DNA of 64,000 nucleotides from an uncultured Pelagibacteraceae bacterium. Its GTDB lineage: Bacteria > Pseudomonadota > Alphaproteobacteria > Pelagibacterales > AG-422-B15. Below are positions 18,889-32,241 of the stretch, one piece after another. A program made the translations under genes and the position numbers. The stretch's first letter is position 1, and each line of letters begins with the position of its first letter. The stretch is from the NCBI GenBank assembly GCA_902526005.1, contig CABZIW010000004.1, forward strand, positions 32,596 through 96,595, read 5' to 3'. The notes beneath the pieces are model-generated. The model saw only the letters and a list, made by a program, of their open reading frames with translations. It did not search any database and was not told where the DNA came from.

Positions 18889-20342
18889 GATAACCTTTTT
18901 ATATTTTTTTCCGTAGATTCAGTAAATGGAGCTGTAATCATCTTACCCGCATCTAAGATATTTTGACCCTTCAAAACTGATCTCTTATGACTAAAGTTCT
19001 TAAAGCCATCGTAACCATGATAAGAGCCCATCCCACTAGGACCAACCCCTCCAAAAGGTAGATCATGCATAGAAAATTGGAATAAGACATCGTTTATAAC
19101 CGCTTGACCAGATGAAGTATTGTTTAAAACAGTATCAATTTCTTTTTTGTCATCGCCAAAATAATATATTGCAAGCGCTTTAGGGTTCTTATTTATGAAC
19201 TCTATTGTTTCATCAAAGCTTTTGTATGTTTTTACTGGCAATAAAGGTCCAAATATTTCTTCTTGCATAATCTTCATATCATCCGTTGGATTTAAAACTA
19301 AAGTAGGTAATATTTTATGATGCTCTTGTTGCGAAAGGTCTTCGTTTGCAGGGTTTATTTCTACAATAGTAGCTCCCTTTGACTCAGCATCTTTTACTAA
19401 TTCACGAAGTCTCTCGTAGTGATTCAAATGAATTATGGATGTATAATCTGGATTATTTTTTATCGTTGGATAATTTTCACTAACATGGGATTTTGCATGA
19501 TCAACAAATTCATCTGTTTGCCCCTCAGGAACCATTACATAATCAGGTGATATGCAAATTTGCCCTCCATTTAAGAGCTTTCCCATCATTATCTTATCAA
19601 CACTTTTTTTCATTTTGGCATTTGGACCAACTATTACTGGTGACTTGCCACCTAATTCAAGAGTAAGCGGTACTAAATTTGATGCTGCCTCAGATGCAAC
19701 TTTTTTAGCTACATTTGTTGATCCAGTGAAAAGCAGATGATCAAATGGTAATCCTGCAAAATCTTGCGAGGTTTGAGGACCTCCATTTACAATAACAACT
19801 TCTTCATCACTAAAAAATTTATTAATAAGTTCTTCAGTTAATTCAGAGGTTGCTGGAACGAACTCTGAGAGCTTCATCATTGCATTATTTCCAGCCGCAA
19901 ATATTTCTATTAAAGGCGCAATACTTAGAGTTAGTGGGAAGTTCCAAGGAGAAATAACACCAACTACTCCATAAGGCTGGAATTGAACATAAGCTTTTGC
20001 GCCAAGTAATCCTAATGGGAAGTTAGGTTTTCGCTTATCAGGCTTAACCCATCTTTTAATATTTTTTAAGGCGTCTTTTGCATTATTAATTACAGGCATT
20101 GTGTCAGCCATTAAGCTTAACTGCTCATGTCGTGTGCCAAAATCAGATCTTAACGCGTCATGAAAAGCGTCTATATTTTCCTCAACTAAAGTTTGTATTC
20201 TTTTTATACGATCAATACGTACATTTAAATCTGGATTGAAGTTTTTTAAAAATGGTTGTTTTAATTTATTTAATTTTGAGAGCATTTCTTCTCTACTTAC
20301 CTCTGGATAAGTGCTCCCTATAGATACGTTTCCTAACCCCAT
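18885..20342 (-). CDS. NAD(P)-dependent aldehyde dehydrogenase (ALDH3/coniferyl-aldehyde-dehydrogenase-like)
   Basis: 485 aa. ELGGKSP (catalytic Glu) and GQICISPDY (catalytic Cys). Confidence 0.88.
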   Translation of the reverse strand: MGLGNVSIGSTYPEVSREEMLSKLNKLKQPFLKNFNPDLNVRIDRIKRIQTLVEENIDAFHDALRSDFGTRHEQLSLMADTMPVINNAKDALKNIKRWVKPDKRKPNFPLGLLGAKAYVQFQPYGVVGVISPWNFPLTLSIAPLIEIFAAGNNAMMKLSEFVPATSELTEELINKFFSDEEVVIVNGGPQTSQDFAGLPFDHLLFTGSTNVAKKVASEAASNLVPLTLELGGKSPVIVGPNAKMKKSVDKIMMGKLLNGGQICISPDYVMVPEGQTDEFVDHAKSHVSENYPTIKNNPDYTSIIHLNHYERLRELVKDAESKGATIVEINPANEDLSQQEHHKILPTLVLNPTDDMKIMQEEIFGPLLPVKTYKSFDETIEFINKNPKALAIYYFGDDKKEIDTVLNNTSSGQAVINDVLFQFSMHDLPFGGVGPSGMGSYHGYDGFKNFSHKRSVLKGQNILDAGKMITAPFTESTEKNIKRLS

Positions 20343-20436
20343 ATTTTATCCTTTATTAAACAAGTTTTATAAACTAATCCAAAATAACAAAAAAATATAC
20401 TTTTTTGTTTTCTCATATGCATGTAATAGTTAATAA

Positions 20437-21222
20437 ATGACCAATGTTTTAAAAACTGAAATCGTTGATGATATAGCTATTTTAACGCTAAATGACCCTG
20501 AAAGGCTAAACGCACTTTCTATGGACATGATTTCAGAGCTTCATAAGCAAGTAAAATCTATAAATAGTGGAGAATTAAAAGTTCGATGTGCCGTTCTAAC
20601 AGGAGCTGGAAGAGGTTTTTGTGCGGGCGCAAACCTTGTTGAAGGAGCAAGCTTAGGTGATAATATAGATCCGGGAGAAACCCTAGAAAAAGTTTACCAT
20701 CCTTTTTTAATAGATTTAAAAAATCTAAATGTTCCATTAATTACGGCTGTTAATGGAGTGGCTGCTGGCGCAGGTTGTTCATTGGGTGTATTTGGAGATT
20801 TAGTTTATGCCTCTAAATCTGCATACTTTTATCAAGCGTTTAAATTTATAGGGCTTGTACCAGATGCTAGCTCTACGTACGTAATTCCTCGAAAAATAGG
20901 CATGGCAAGAGCAATGGAATTTTCATTAATTGGTGAAAAAGTTTTAGCTGATAAAGCTCTTGAATGGGGTCTTGTAAATCATGTTGTTGAAGATGACAAA
21001 CTAATGGAAGAAGTAATGAGTACAGCAAGAACATTAGCTTCAGGACCTACTGTAGCTTTAAAATTAATTAAACAATTATATTGGGATAGTTTTTCGAATA
21101 ACTTTGAAGGTCAGCTTGCTGCGGAAAGCTCAGCACAAACAATCGCTGGCAAAACTGAGGATAGCAAAATTGGAGTAATGTCGTTCATTCAAAAGAAAAA
21201 AGCTGAATTCAAAGGTAAGTAA
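20437..21222 (+). CDS. Enoyl-CoA hydratase/isomerase family protein
   Basis: 261 aa. Crotonase fold motifs LTGAGRGFCAGANL and AVNGVAAGAG. Confidence 0.85.
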   Translation: MTNVLKTEIVDDIAILTLNDPERLNALSMDMISELHKQVKSINSGELKVRCAVLTGAGRGFCAGANLVEGASLGDNIDPGETLEKVYHPFLIDLKNLNVPLITAVNGVAAGAGCSLGVFGDLVYASKSAYFYQAFKFIGLVPDASSTYVIPRKIGMARAMEFSLIGEKVLADKALEWGLVNHVVEDDKLMEEVMSTARTLASGPTVALKLIKQLYWDSFSNNFEGQLAAESSAQTIAGKTEDSKIGVMSFIQKKKAEFKGK

Positions 21223-23345
<2,123 letters not shown>

Positions 23346-23350
23346 GAAAA

Positions 23351-23902
23351 TTATAGATCTGAAATGACCCTTACAGTTATCATTTCATCTGGGTCATCTA
23401 CACTTCCAGAGCCTGGTTCTCCTCGTTTAATCTTGTCAACAAACTCCATCCCTTCTACGACTTGACCAAAAACAGTATACTGGCCATCTAGATGTGGAGC
23501 CTCGGCAAAACATATAAAAAATTGACTATTAGCTGAGTCCGGGTCGGCTGTTCTTGCCATTGATACTGTTCCACGAAGATGAGGTGTATCACCAAATTCA
23601 TTTTTCAAATCAGGTTTGGTTGATCCGCCTGTTCCATTTCTATTTTCGCCATCACCAGTTTGAGCCATAAAGCCCTCTATAACACGGTGAAAGGGTACTC
23701 CATCATAAAAGCCTTCTCTTGCAAGTTCTTTAATTCTATTTACGTGATTTGGAGCAATATCAGGTAGTAATTCTATTATTACATTACCATCTTTCAGCTC
23801 TATTTGGATTGAATTTTCTGGATCATTTGCCATGACAACTCCTTCTGCGATTAACGCTATAAAAAATGAAAATACAAAGATTAAAGTTCTTATTAATTTC
23901 AT
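23351..23902 (-). CDS. Periplasmic cyclophilin-type peptidyl-prolyl cis-trans isomerase
   Basis: 183 aa. Signal peptide, FHRVIEGFMAQTGD, SANSQFFI. Confidence 0.92.
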   Translation of the reverse strand: MKLIRTLIFVFSFFIALIAEGVVMANDPENSIQIELKDGNVIIELLPDIAPNHVNRIKELAREGFYDGVPFHRVIEGFMAQTGDGENRNGTGGSTKPDLKNEFGDTPHLRGTVSMARTADPDSANSQFFICFAEAPHLDGQYTVFGQVVEGMEFVDKIKRGEPGSGSVDDPDEMITVRVISDL

Positions 23903-23907
23903 TTTAT

Positions 23908-24387
23908 TTATTTGAATTTATCTTTTAATTTTTGCTCAACAAATTTATTTGTAAAATTACTGATATTTCCTCCCAAACGTGCAATTTCTTTTACAAAATT
24001 AGAGGAAATTGATTGCCGTTGAGCGTCTGCCATCAAGAATACTGTTTCAATATTATTATCTAATTGTCTATTCATACCCAACATCTGAAACTCATATTCA
24101 AAATCAGAAACAACACGAAGACCCCTTATGAGTATCTTTGCATCTAGCGAATTAGCTAAATCAATCAATAAATTATCAAATGCAATTACTTCAATTTTAT
24201 CATTTGATGAAAACTCATTTTCTATCATTTCTTTTCTTTCATCTAAATCAAATAAAGGTGATTTATGCGGGCTGTCAGCAACTGCGATATATAATTTATC
24301 AACAAGTTTTGTAGCCCTATTGATAATATCAATGTGCCCTTTATGAATGGGATCGAAGCTTCCAGGATATATGCCAGTTCTACTCAT
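23908..24387 (-). CDS. coaD: Phosphopantetheine adenylyltransferase
   Basis: 159 aa. YPGSFDPIHKGH (HxGH) and the ISSNFVKE motif. Confidence 0.93.
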   Translation of the reverse strand: MSRTGIYPGSFDPIHKGHIDIINRATKLVDKLYIAVADSPHKSPLFDLDERKEMIENEFSSNDKIEVIAFDNLLIDLANSLDAKILIRGLRVVSDFEYEFQMLGMNRQLDNNIETVFLMADAQRQSISSNFVKEIARLGGNISNFTNKFVEQKLKDKFK

Positions 24388-24431
24388 ATTTGGGAATATA
24401 TAATGATTATTTAAAGACCTCTAGTAATTTA

Positions 24432-27137
24432 TTAGCTATCTAGCTCAACTCTGCTTGCAGAAACAACTTTTTCTTCTTTTGTTGTTTTAAATATACTTAC
24501 TCCCTGCGTATTTCTACCAGCTACGCGAACATCTTTTACTGGGCAGCGAATTAATTGACCTGTTTTAGTTATCAGCATTATATCATCATCATTATTGACT
24601 GGAAAAGAAGCTAGAACATCGCCATTTCTATCTGATGTCGCAATACACATAATGCCCGATCCACCGCGATTAGAAACTCTAAACTGGTAAGAAGAAGATC
24701 TTTTGCCAAAGCCATTTTCAGTAACGGTTAAAATGAATTGTTCTCTCGCTTTTAATTCATCATATCGATCCTTAGATATTTCAATGTCAGAAACAGAGTT
24801 ATCAGTATCATTATCGTCACTCTCAGTTTCTTCTTGAATTCCTTTTTCCTTTGAAATCATTTTTAAGTAAGCTTTTGCTTCTGCTGACGATACATCAGTA
24901 TGAGAAATGACAGAAATTGAAATAATTTTATCATCTTTTGTTAGCCTGATACCCCTTACACCTACCGAACTTCTACTTTTAGTTGTTCTCAGTTTTGAAA
25001 CAGGAGTTCGAATACACTTTCCATGTTTTGTTGATAGTAAAATATCGTCTTCATCACTACAAAGTTTCACACCTACGATTGCATTATTATTATCTAATTT
25101 CATTGCAATTTTACCATTTGCTTGAATCCTTTTGAAATCTTCTAAACTATTTTTTCTGATGCTGCCGTCTGATGTAGCAAATATTAAATACTCATTTCCA
25201 TTTGATTGTTTATTTTCTGGCAACACAAGGATACTTGATAGACTTTCAGTGTCTTTAAGATTTAAGAGATTGATTATTGCTTTGCCCTTAGCTTGGGGTG
25301 ATGACTCAGGAATCTTCCATGTCTTAAGTTTGTAAGCTATTCCTCCAGACGAGAAAAACAACATATTGTCATGAGTACTTGATGTAAAAACTTGAGTTAC
25401 AAAATCTTCTTCATTGGTTTTCATTCCCGCTCTTCCTTTGCCACCTCTTTTCTGTGCTCTGTACATATTTAAAGGAACTCTTTTTATATAACCTGAGTTT
25501 GTTACACTTACGACCATATCACTTCTTTGAACTAGGTCTTCTTGATCAATATCTGTAGCCTCGCCCTCATTAATTTCTGTTCTTCTTGGTATTGCAAATT
25601 GCTTTTTAATTTCATTTAGCTCAACATTTATTACATCATTCAATACCTCAGTATCCCTTAATATTGAGAGGAATTTGTTTATTTGATTGGAAAGATCTGA
25701 TAACTCTGACTTGATCTCATCTTTACCTAGAGCTGTCAAACGTTGCAACCTTAACTCTAATATCGCTTTGGCCTGCTCGTCAGTTAAATAAATTTCTTTT
25801 TCATTTTTAATTTGCCTTGGGTCATCAACTAACTTTAATAAATCATCAATATCCTTGCTTAGCCACTTAGTTTTAAGAAGCGAGGTTCTTGCCTCATTAG
25901 GATCTTTGGAGCTTTTAATTATTTCTATTATTTGATCAACATTAGCAACAGCAACTGCTAGGCCAATCAGTACATGAGCCCTATCTCTTGCTTTGCCGAG
26001 ATCATGACGAGTCCTGTTTCTGATAATTTCTTTTCTGAATTCTATAAAATGGTGAATGAATTCTTTTATATTCATTAATTTTGGTTTTCCGTTTACCAAC
26101 GCCAATGAATTAACACCGTAAGAACTTTGTAGTGCAGTAAATTTATATAATTTATTTAATACAACTTGTGATATTACTCCTTTTTTTAATTCAACAACAA
26201 CCCTCACTCCTTGGCGGTCAGACTCATCTCTTAAATCACTTATACCATCAATTTTTTTATCTCTGACAAGTTCAGCTATTTTCTCAAGCAAAGATGATTT
26301 GTTAACTTGGTAAGGTACTTCGGTAAATACGATTGCTTCTCGATCTGTTTTAAATTCCTCTATGTTTGATTTTGCCTGAACAATGATTGAGCCTCTTCCT
26401 GATGACTGAGAGTCTTTTATGCCTTTTATGCCAATAATTGTTCCACCCGTAGGAAAGTCTGGGCCTTTTATAATTTGATTTATTTCCTCAAAAGTTACAT
26501 CAGTATTTTTAAGGTAAGCAATACTAGCATCAATGACCTCTCCTAAATTATGAGGTAAAATGTTAGTCGCCATACCAACGGCTATACCACCTGCACCGTT
26601 GACAAGTAGGTTTGGATATTTTGCAGGAAGAACAGATGGCTCACTTTCAGTTTCATCATAATTAGGTCTGAAGTCGACCGTTTCTTTTTCTATATCTTCA
26701 AGAAGGAAACTTGCAATTTTTGCCATTCTAACTTCCGTGTATCTCATTGCAGCAGCCCTATCGCCGTCCATTGATCCAAAATTGCCTTGACCATCTAATA
26801 GTGGCACACTCATTGAGAAGTCTTGGGCAAGTCTGACCAACGCATCATAAACAGCTTGATCTCCATGCGGATGGTATTTACCAATAACATCACCGACAAC
26901 TCGAGCACTCTTTCTATGTTGTTTATTCCACTCATAGCCTGACTCATGCATTGCATATAAAATCCGTCTGTGAACTGGTTTAAGTCCGTCTCTAACATCA
27001 GGTAATGCCCTGCTAACGATTACGCTCATAGCGTAATCGAGGTAAGAATTTTGCATTTCTGTATCGATTAATATGGGGATTACAGATTGCTCTTTACCTG
27101 TTTTAAGATCTTCATTTTGATCCTTGGAATCAGTCAA
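24432..27137 (-). CDS. gyrA: DNA gyrase subunit A
   Basis: 901 aa. DGLKPVHRR, active-site Tyr in AAMRYTE, C-terminal beta-pinwheel repeats. Confidence 0.96.
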   Translation of the reverse strand: MTDSKDQNEDLKTGKEQSVIPILIDTEMQNSYLDYAMSVIVSRALPDVRDGLKPVHRRILYAMHESGYEWNKQHRKSARVVGDVIGKYHPHGDQAVYDALVRLAQDFSMSVPLLDGQGNFGSMDGDRAAAMRYTEVRMAKIASFLLEDIEKETVDFRPNYDETESEPSVLPAKYPNLLVNGAGGIAVGMATNILPHNLGEVIDASIAYLKNTDVTFEEINQIIKGPDFPTGGTIIGIKGIKDSQSSGRGSIIVQAKSNIEEFKTDREAIVFTEVPYQVNKSSLLEKIAELVRDKKIDGISDLRDESDRQGVRVVVELKKGVISQVVLNKLYKFTALQSSYGVNSLALVNGKPKLMNIKEFIHHFIEFRKEIIRNRTRHDLGKARDRAHVLIGLAVAVANVDQIIEIIKSSKDPNEARTSLLKTKWLSKDIDDLLKLVDDPRQIKNEKEIYLTDEQAKAILELRLQRLTALGKDEIKSELSDLSNQINKFLSILRDTEVLNDVINVELNEIKKQFAIPRRTEINEGEATDIDQEDLVQRSDMVVSVTNSGYIKRVPLNMYRAQKRGGKGRAGMKTNEEDFVTQVFTSSTHDNMLFFSSGGIAYKLKTWKIPESSPQAKGKAIINLLNLKDTESLSSILVLPENKQSNGNEYLIFATSDGSIRKNSLEDFKRIQANGKIAMKLDNNNAIVGVKLCSDEDDILLSTKHGKCIRTPVSKLRTTKSRSSVGVRGIRLTKDDKIISISVISHTDVSSAEAKAYLKMISKEKGIQEETESDDNDTDNSVSDIEISKDRYDELKAREQFILTVTENGFGKRSSSYQFRVSNRGGSGIMCIATSDRNGDVLASFPVNNDDDIMLITKTGQLIRCPVKDVRVAGRNTQGVSIFKTTKEEKVVSASRVELDS

Positions 27138-27259
27138 TTCTACTACCTATTGAAGCGCTAAAAATCCATAAAAAATAGGAAAAATAAGCACGATTTCGTT
27201 ATAAAAATTAAGAAGATTATATCAGAAATTTGCCCAGTTTTCGATTGAAAAAAGTAGAC

Positions 27260-27718
27260 TTAAAAGGGTATTTCGTCGTCTATATCAAGGTCAGGTGGAG
27301 CACTGTCTCCCATGTCTTGATTTATATCTGAACCCATATCTGGAATTGAATCGCCGCCTCCTGAGTTCCTTGAGTCAAGCATTGTAAGTGTGCCATTATA
27401 GTTTCCAAGAACTATTTCCGTCGTATATTTTTCAACTCCACTCTGATCTGTAAATTTCCTAGTTTGTAATTGGCCTTCAATGTAAATTTTTGAACCTTTT
27501 TTAAGGTAACTCTCAACAACACCTGCTAAACCATCGTTAAATATGACTATTCTGTGCCAACTGGTTTTTTCTTTTTTCTCGCCTGTAGTCTTGTCTTTCC
27601 ATGACTCGGATGTAGCTAAGCTAAGTTGGGCAAGCCTTTTCCCATCTTGAGTCTGACGAATTACGGGATCTGCTCCAAGATTACCTATTAGCATTACTTT
27701 ATTTAAACTAGCAGCCAT
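27260..27718 (-). CDS. ssb: Single-stranded DNA-binding protein
   Basis: [18 protein letters not shown]... OB fold and acidic tail DDEIPF. I use the internal ATG at 27718; the extra 10 aa in the ORF track (to 27748) are not SSB-like. Confidence 0.92.
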   Translation of the reverse strand: MAASLNKVMLIGNLGADPVIRQTQDGKRLAQLSLATSESWKDKTTGEKKEKTSWHRIVIFNDGLAGVVESYLKKGSKIYIEGQLQTRKFTDQSGVEKYTTEIVLGNYNGTLTMLDSRNSGGGDSIPDMGSDINQDMGDSAPPDLDIDDEIPF

Positions 27719-27827
27719 ATATTGTAATTTATCCAGATATTGATGCACTGTACATACAAAAATCCCTATTTTGCTGTTTATGCACAGGTTATCTTTAAAT
27801 CAGGAGTGTTAAGATTAATTAATTCTT

Positions 27828-30656
27828 ATGAGTAAGACAATTTCAGTACAAGGAGCCCGTGAACATAATTTAAAAAATGTTAATGTCAAAATACCCCGTG
27901 AGAAGCTAACAATAATAACTGGTTTGTCTGGCTCAGGTAAATCTTCCCTTGCTTTTGATACTATTTATGCTGAAGGCCAAAGAAGATACGTTGAGAGCTT
28001 ATCAGCTTATGCAAGACAGTTTTTGCAAATGATGCAAAAACCAAATGTTGATTTAATAGAAGGGTTAAGTCCCGCAATTTCCATCGAACAAAAAACAACA
28101 TCAAAAAATCCTAGGTCAACAGTTGGTACTGTTACAGAGGTATATGATTATCTTCGTCTTCTTTTTGCGAGGGTTGGGATACCCTATTCTCCTGCAACAG
28201 GATTACCCATTAAAAGTCAGACAGTGACCCAAATAGTTGATCGAATAAAAGAAAGAGAAATAGGTTCAAAGTTTCTAATATTGTCTCCAATTATCAGAGG
28301 AAGAAAAGGTGAGTACAAAAAGGAATTACAAGAATTGCACAAGAAAGGTTTTCAAAGAGTAAAGATTGATGGGGAATTATACGAATTCGACTCTTTACCT
28401 GAAATTGATAAAAAAAAGAAACATGACATCGAAGTTGTAGTAGACCGTATCGTACTAAACGATGAAATAGGTAACAGGTTGGCGGATAGTGTCGAAACTG
28501 CCCTCAATTTAAGTGATGGATTGGTGATCGTTGAAAACTTCGAGATGAAAAATGGTAAAGCAGATAATGAACTATTTTCATCAAAATTTGCTTGTCCTGT
28601 ATCCGGTTTCACAATTGACGAAATTGAACCAAGGTTATTTTCTTTTAATAATCCTTATGGAGCGTGTGAAGAGTGTGATGGAATTGGTACCGATTTATCA
28701 ATTGATCCTAATTTAGTTGTTCCAAATAAAAACCTTTCAATAAATGAGGATGCACTTGCTCCTTGGCCAGTCTCGAGATACGGGTATTTTAGAAATATTT
28801 TAAAGGTTGTAGCTAGAAAATATAAGTTTTCACTTGATACACCCTGGAAATCACTAGGAAAAAAAATTCAAAACATAGTTCTTTATGGCTCTGGTGAAAC
28901 AGAATTAAAGTTTACTTATGATGACGGTTATGAGTATGAAAGACCTTTCGAAGGAGTAATCAATAATCTTGAGCGCAGATATCTAGAGACAGAAAGTGAT
29001 TGGATGCGTGGAAGAATTGAGAGATATCAGAGTGAAGTAAGATGTCATGCATGCAATGGTTTTAGGCTTAAAGAGACTGCATTGGCTGTAAAGATAGACA
29101 AGCTGCACATAGGTGAAGTATGCGACAAATCTATTAAAGAACTTGTTATTTGGTTTCAGAAACTTGAAAAAAAATTAACTAAAAAAGAAAAAGAAATTGC
29201 ATTTAGAATTCTTAAGGAACTCAATGAAAGGATACTTTTTTTAAATAATGTAGGTCTTGAATATCTAACTCTTTCAAGAGGTTCGGGTAGTTTATCAGGC
29301 GGTGAGTCACAACGTATTCGTCTTGCATCACAAATTGGATCAGGTTTGACAGGAGTTCTCTATGTGCTAGACGAACCCTCGATTGGCTTGCATCAGCGTG
29401 ATAATGAAAGATTGTTAAAAACTCTTAAAAGATTAAGAGATCTTGGAAATACAGTTATTGTCGTTGAGCATGATGAAGAGGCAATCACAACAGCTGATCA
29501 TGTAGTTGACTTGGGACCGGCTGCTGGCGTTAATGGCGGAAGAGTAGTTGCTGAGGGTAATGTTACTAAAATTAAAAAAAATCAAAATAGCATAACCGGT
29601 CAATACTTATCTGGTAAACTAAAAATTGAAATACCTAGCAATAGAAGAAAAGCGCTAAATAATAAATATATAAAAATTATAAAAGCTGAAGGCAACAATC
29701 TTAAAAATGTCGACTGCGAAATTCCTCTTGGAACACTTACTTGTATTACCGGAGTTTCTGGTAGCGGTAAATCAACTTTAACAATTAATACGCTTTTTAA
29801 GTCAGTCGCACAAACATTGAACGGGTCAAGGTATACACCTGCAAAGCACAAGGAAATAAAGGGTCTTCAAGAGCTTGATAAAGTTATAGATATTGACCAA
29901 TCTCCAATTGGAAGGACCCCAAGATCAAATCCTGCAACTTATACCGGGGCCTTCACTTTTATAAGAGACTGGTTTACCGGTTTACCAGAATCAAAAGCCA
30001 GAGGTTATAAAGCTGGAAGATTTTCATTCAATGTTAAGGGCGGTAGATGCGAAGCTTGTGAAGGTGATGGTGTAATTAAAATAGAGATGCACTTTCTTCC
30101 TGATGTATATGTCACTTGCGATGAATGTGAGGGCAAAAGATACAACAGAGAAACGCTTGAAATTAAGTACAAAGATAAGAGTATTGCAGATATTTTAGAT
30201 ATGACAGTTGAAGAAGGATGTTCTTTTTTTGAAGCAATCCCAATGATTAAAAAGAAACTCGATACACTTCAAAATGTAGGACTTGGCTATATAAAAATTG
30301 GTCAGCAAGCTACTACTTTATCGGGTGGTGAAGCGCAAAGAATTAAACTTTCAAAAGAACTTTCAAAAAGAGCCACAGGCAAAACCTTGTACATACTTGA
30401 TGAGCCAACTACGGGGCTTCATGTCCATGACATTAAGAAACTACTCGAGGTACTCCAAATTTTAGTAGATCAAGGTAACACTGTTGTTGTGATAGAGCAT
30501 AATTTAGACGTCATAAAAACAGCTGATTGGATCATTGACTTGGGCCCGGAAGGGGGTGACGGTGGCGGTGAAATAATAGGAAGCGGTTCACCAGAAGATA
30601 TTGCAAAACTCAAAAAAAGTTATACAGGACAGTATTTAAATAAAATCCTCAAATAG
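27828..30656 (+). CDS. uvrA: Excinuclease ABC subunit A
   Basis: 942 aa. Two Walker A motifs ([18 protein letters not shown]), zinc modules CxxC, and two LSGGE signature motifs. Divergent from ssb, as in many bacteria. Confidence 0.97.
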   Translation: MSKTISVQGAREHNLKNVNVKIPREKLTIITGLSGSGKSSLAFDTIYAEGQRRYVESLSAYARQFLQMMQKPNVDLIEGLSPAISIEQKTTSKNPRSTVGTVTEVYDYLRLLFARVGIPYSPATGLPIKSQTVTQIVDRIKEREIGSKFLILSPIIRGRKGEYKKELQELHKKGFQRVKIDGELYEFDSLPEIDKKKKHDIEVVVDRIVLNDEIGNRLADSVETALNLSDGLVIVENFEMKNGKADNELFSSKFACPVSGFTIDEIEPRLFSFNNPYGACEECDGIGTDLSIDPNLVVPNKNLSINEDALAPWPVSRYGYFRNILKVVARKYKFSLDTPWKSLGKKIQNIVLYGSGETELKFTYDDGYEYERPFEGVINNLERRYLETESDWMRGRIERYQSEVRCHACNGFRLKETALAVKIDKLHIGEVCDKSIKELVIWFQKLEKKLTKKEKEIAFRILKELNERILFLNNVGLEYLTLSRGSGSLSGGESQRIRLASQIGSGLTGVLYVLDEPSIGLHQRDNERLLKTLKRLRDLGNTVIVVEHDEEAITTADHVVDLGPAAGVNGGRVVAEGNVTKIKKNQNSITGQYLSGKLKIEIPSNRRKALNNKYIKIIKAEGNNLKNVDCEIPLGTLTCITGVSGSGKSTLTINTLFKSVAQTLNGSRYTPAKHKEIKGLQELDKVIDIDQSPIGRTPRSNPATYTGAFTFIRDWFTGLPESKARGYKAGRFSFNVKGGRCEACEGDGVIKIEMHFLPDVYVTCDECEGKRYNRETLEIKYKDKSIADILDMTVEEGCSFFEAIPMIKKKLDTLQNVGLGYIKIGQQATTLSGGEAQRIKLSKELSKRATGKTLYILDEPTTGLHVHDIKKLLEVLQILVDQGNTVVVIEHNLDVIKTADWIIDLGPEGGDGGGEIIGSGSPEDIAKLKKSYTGQYLNKILK

Positions 30657-30704
30657 TCACATAAATATTTTACACACACGCATAAAACATGCTATGAATC
30701 GTTA

Positions 30705-31313
30705 ATGGCATCAATATTACAATCATTGCAAAGAACAGTCATTCTTGGAACTTTGTTGGCAATTCTTTTGCTCATTATGGTTACAGGCCACTATGGTGGC
30801 TTTGACCAACTATATTGGGCCTCACTCTCGAGATTTCTTCACGTCATATCTGGAGTCATGTGGATTGGCCTCCTCTATTACTTTAATTTCGTACAGATTC
30901 CTAATATGCCAAATATTCCTGATGAGCAAAAACCAGCGATAGGAAAAGTTATTGCCCCAGCGGCTCTTTTCTGGTTCAGATGGGCTGCTTTGGCAACATT
31001 GATTACAGGTCTTACAACTCTAGCTCTTTATTATGGACATGAGGGATCAGTCAATGCTCTTACATTTACATTGGCTTATGGATTTAATGGTAAAGAACTT
31101 ACAATAGGAATTGGTATGTGGCTTGCTATCATAATGGCTTATAATGTATGGATGGTTATTTGGCCAAATCAAAAGAAAGCATTGGGAATTGTTGAAGTTG
31201 ATGCAGATACAAAAGCAAAATCAGCTAGAACAGCAATGCTATTCTCAAGAACAAACACCGTGCTTTCCATTCCTATGCTGTTAGCAATGGTAGTTGCACA
31301 AAATCTTTACTAA
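30705..31313 (+). CDS. Integral membrane protein, possibly related to the N-terminal membrane domain of urate hydroxylase PuuD
   Basis: 202 aa with 4-5 predicted TM helices. The motif FLHVISGVMWIGLLYYFNFVQ resembles the PuuD/Urate_ox_N membrane domain from memory. No cytochrome c domain is present. Confidence 0.55.
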   Translation: MASILQSLQRTVILGTLLAILLLIMVTGHYGGFDQLYWASLSRFLHVISGVMWIGLLYYFNFVQIPNMPNIPDEQKPAIGKVIAPAALFWFRWAALATLITGLTTLALYYGHEGSVNALTFTLAYGFNGKELTIGIGMWLAIIMAYNVWMVIWPNQKKALGIVEVDADTKAKSARTAMLFSRTNTVLSIPMLLAMVVAQNLY

Positions 31314-31314
31314 A

Positions 31315-32241
31315 TTATCTAGTTGAGTCTACTGCTGAAGTCGTATTCCACTCACGTTTTACATCAAGATATTTCAGTAATGGCGCTGCTACAAAAATTG
31401 ATGAATATGTTCCAACTATAACTCCCCAAATCATTGCAAACGTAAACCCTTTAATCACTTCACCTCCAAAAATGAATAACGATAACAAAGCTAAAAGCGT
31501 AGTTACAGAAGTTACGATTGTTCTTGATAAAGTATCGTTAATTGACAAATTTAATAAATCTGTAATTTCTTTTGAACGGTACTTTCTTAAGTTTTCTCTG
31601 ACCCTATCGTACACAACAACTGTATCGTTCATAGAGTATCCAACAATAGTAAGTATTGCAGCAATGATGGGTAAATTGAACTCTAATTGAGTTATACAAA
31701 AAACACCTATGGTTAATATTACGTCATGAACAAGTGCGAGAACTGCTCCTAGTGAAAACTGCCATTCAAACCTAAACCAAATGTAAACAAGCATTGCAAA
31801 TACGGCGACGAAAATTGCTATAGCACCAGATTGTATTAATTCTCCACTAACCTTAGGCCCTACAACCTCAGTTCTTCTAAAATTAATATCGGATGAAAGA
31901 TAAGACCCCAAACTATCTTTTACTATTTGAACAACATCTTGTTGAACTTGATCTCCACCTAATTGTTGCTCTAATCTAATTAGTAAATTTTTACTAGATC
32001 CAAATTCTTGAACTTGAACATCCCCTAATTCAAGGGTATTTAAGTTATCTCTTAAACCAGAAATTTCTATTTCTTGAGATGTTTCGATTTCAATAAGAGT
32101 ACCACCCTTAAAATCAATTCCAAAATTCAATCCATTTGCAAAAAAAGCCCCTATTGAAAGAAATATCAATATTGCAGAAAGAATAAAGGTAATTACCCTT
32201 ACTTTTAAAAAATTAATTTGTGTTCCAGATATATTAAGCAT
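31315..32241 (-). CDS. secF: Protein translocase subunit SecF
   Basis: 308 aa, typical SecF TM layout and motifs (DFKGGT, GYSMNDTVVVYDR). 8-nt overlap with secD. Confidence 0.93.
   Translation of the reverse strand: MLNISGTQINFLKVRVITFILSAILIFLSIGAFFANGLNFGIDFKGGTLIEIETSQEIEISGLRDNLNTLELGDVQVQEFGSSKNLLIRLEQQLGGDQVQQDVVQIVKDSLGSYLSSDINFRRTEVVGPKVSGELIQSGAIAIFVAVFAMLVYIWFRFEWQFSLGAVLALVHDVILTIGVFCITQLEFNLPIIAAILTIVGYSMNDTVVVYDRVRENLRKYRSKEITDLLNLSINDTLSRTIVTSVTTLLALLSLFIFGGEVIKGFTFAMIWGVIVGTYSSIFVAAPLLKYLDVKREWNTTSAVDSTR

Noticed and set aside
20387-20410. An inverted repeat AACAAAAAA-N6-TTTTTTGTT between the aldehyde dehydrogenase and enoyl-CoA hydratase genes.
   Set aside because: The stem is almost entirely A-T and it sits in a divergent promoter region, so it is not a terminator. 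It is thermodynamically weak and expected by chance at this base composition.
27719-27748. A longer ssb ORF starting [10 protein letters not shown].
   Set aside because: SSB proteins start close to the MAxSxNKVxLIGNLG motif. The upstream 10 codons look like promoter DNA.
27774-27787. A possible LexA/SOS box (CTGT-TTATGC-ACAG) in the ssb-uvrA divergent spacer.
   Set aside because: The spacing is N6 rather than the N8 of the gammaproteobacterial box. The alphaproteobacterial GTTC-N7-GTTC direct repeat is absent from the spacer. Four-bp arms are expected by chance.
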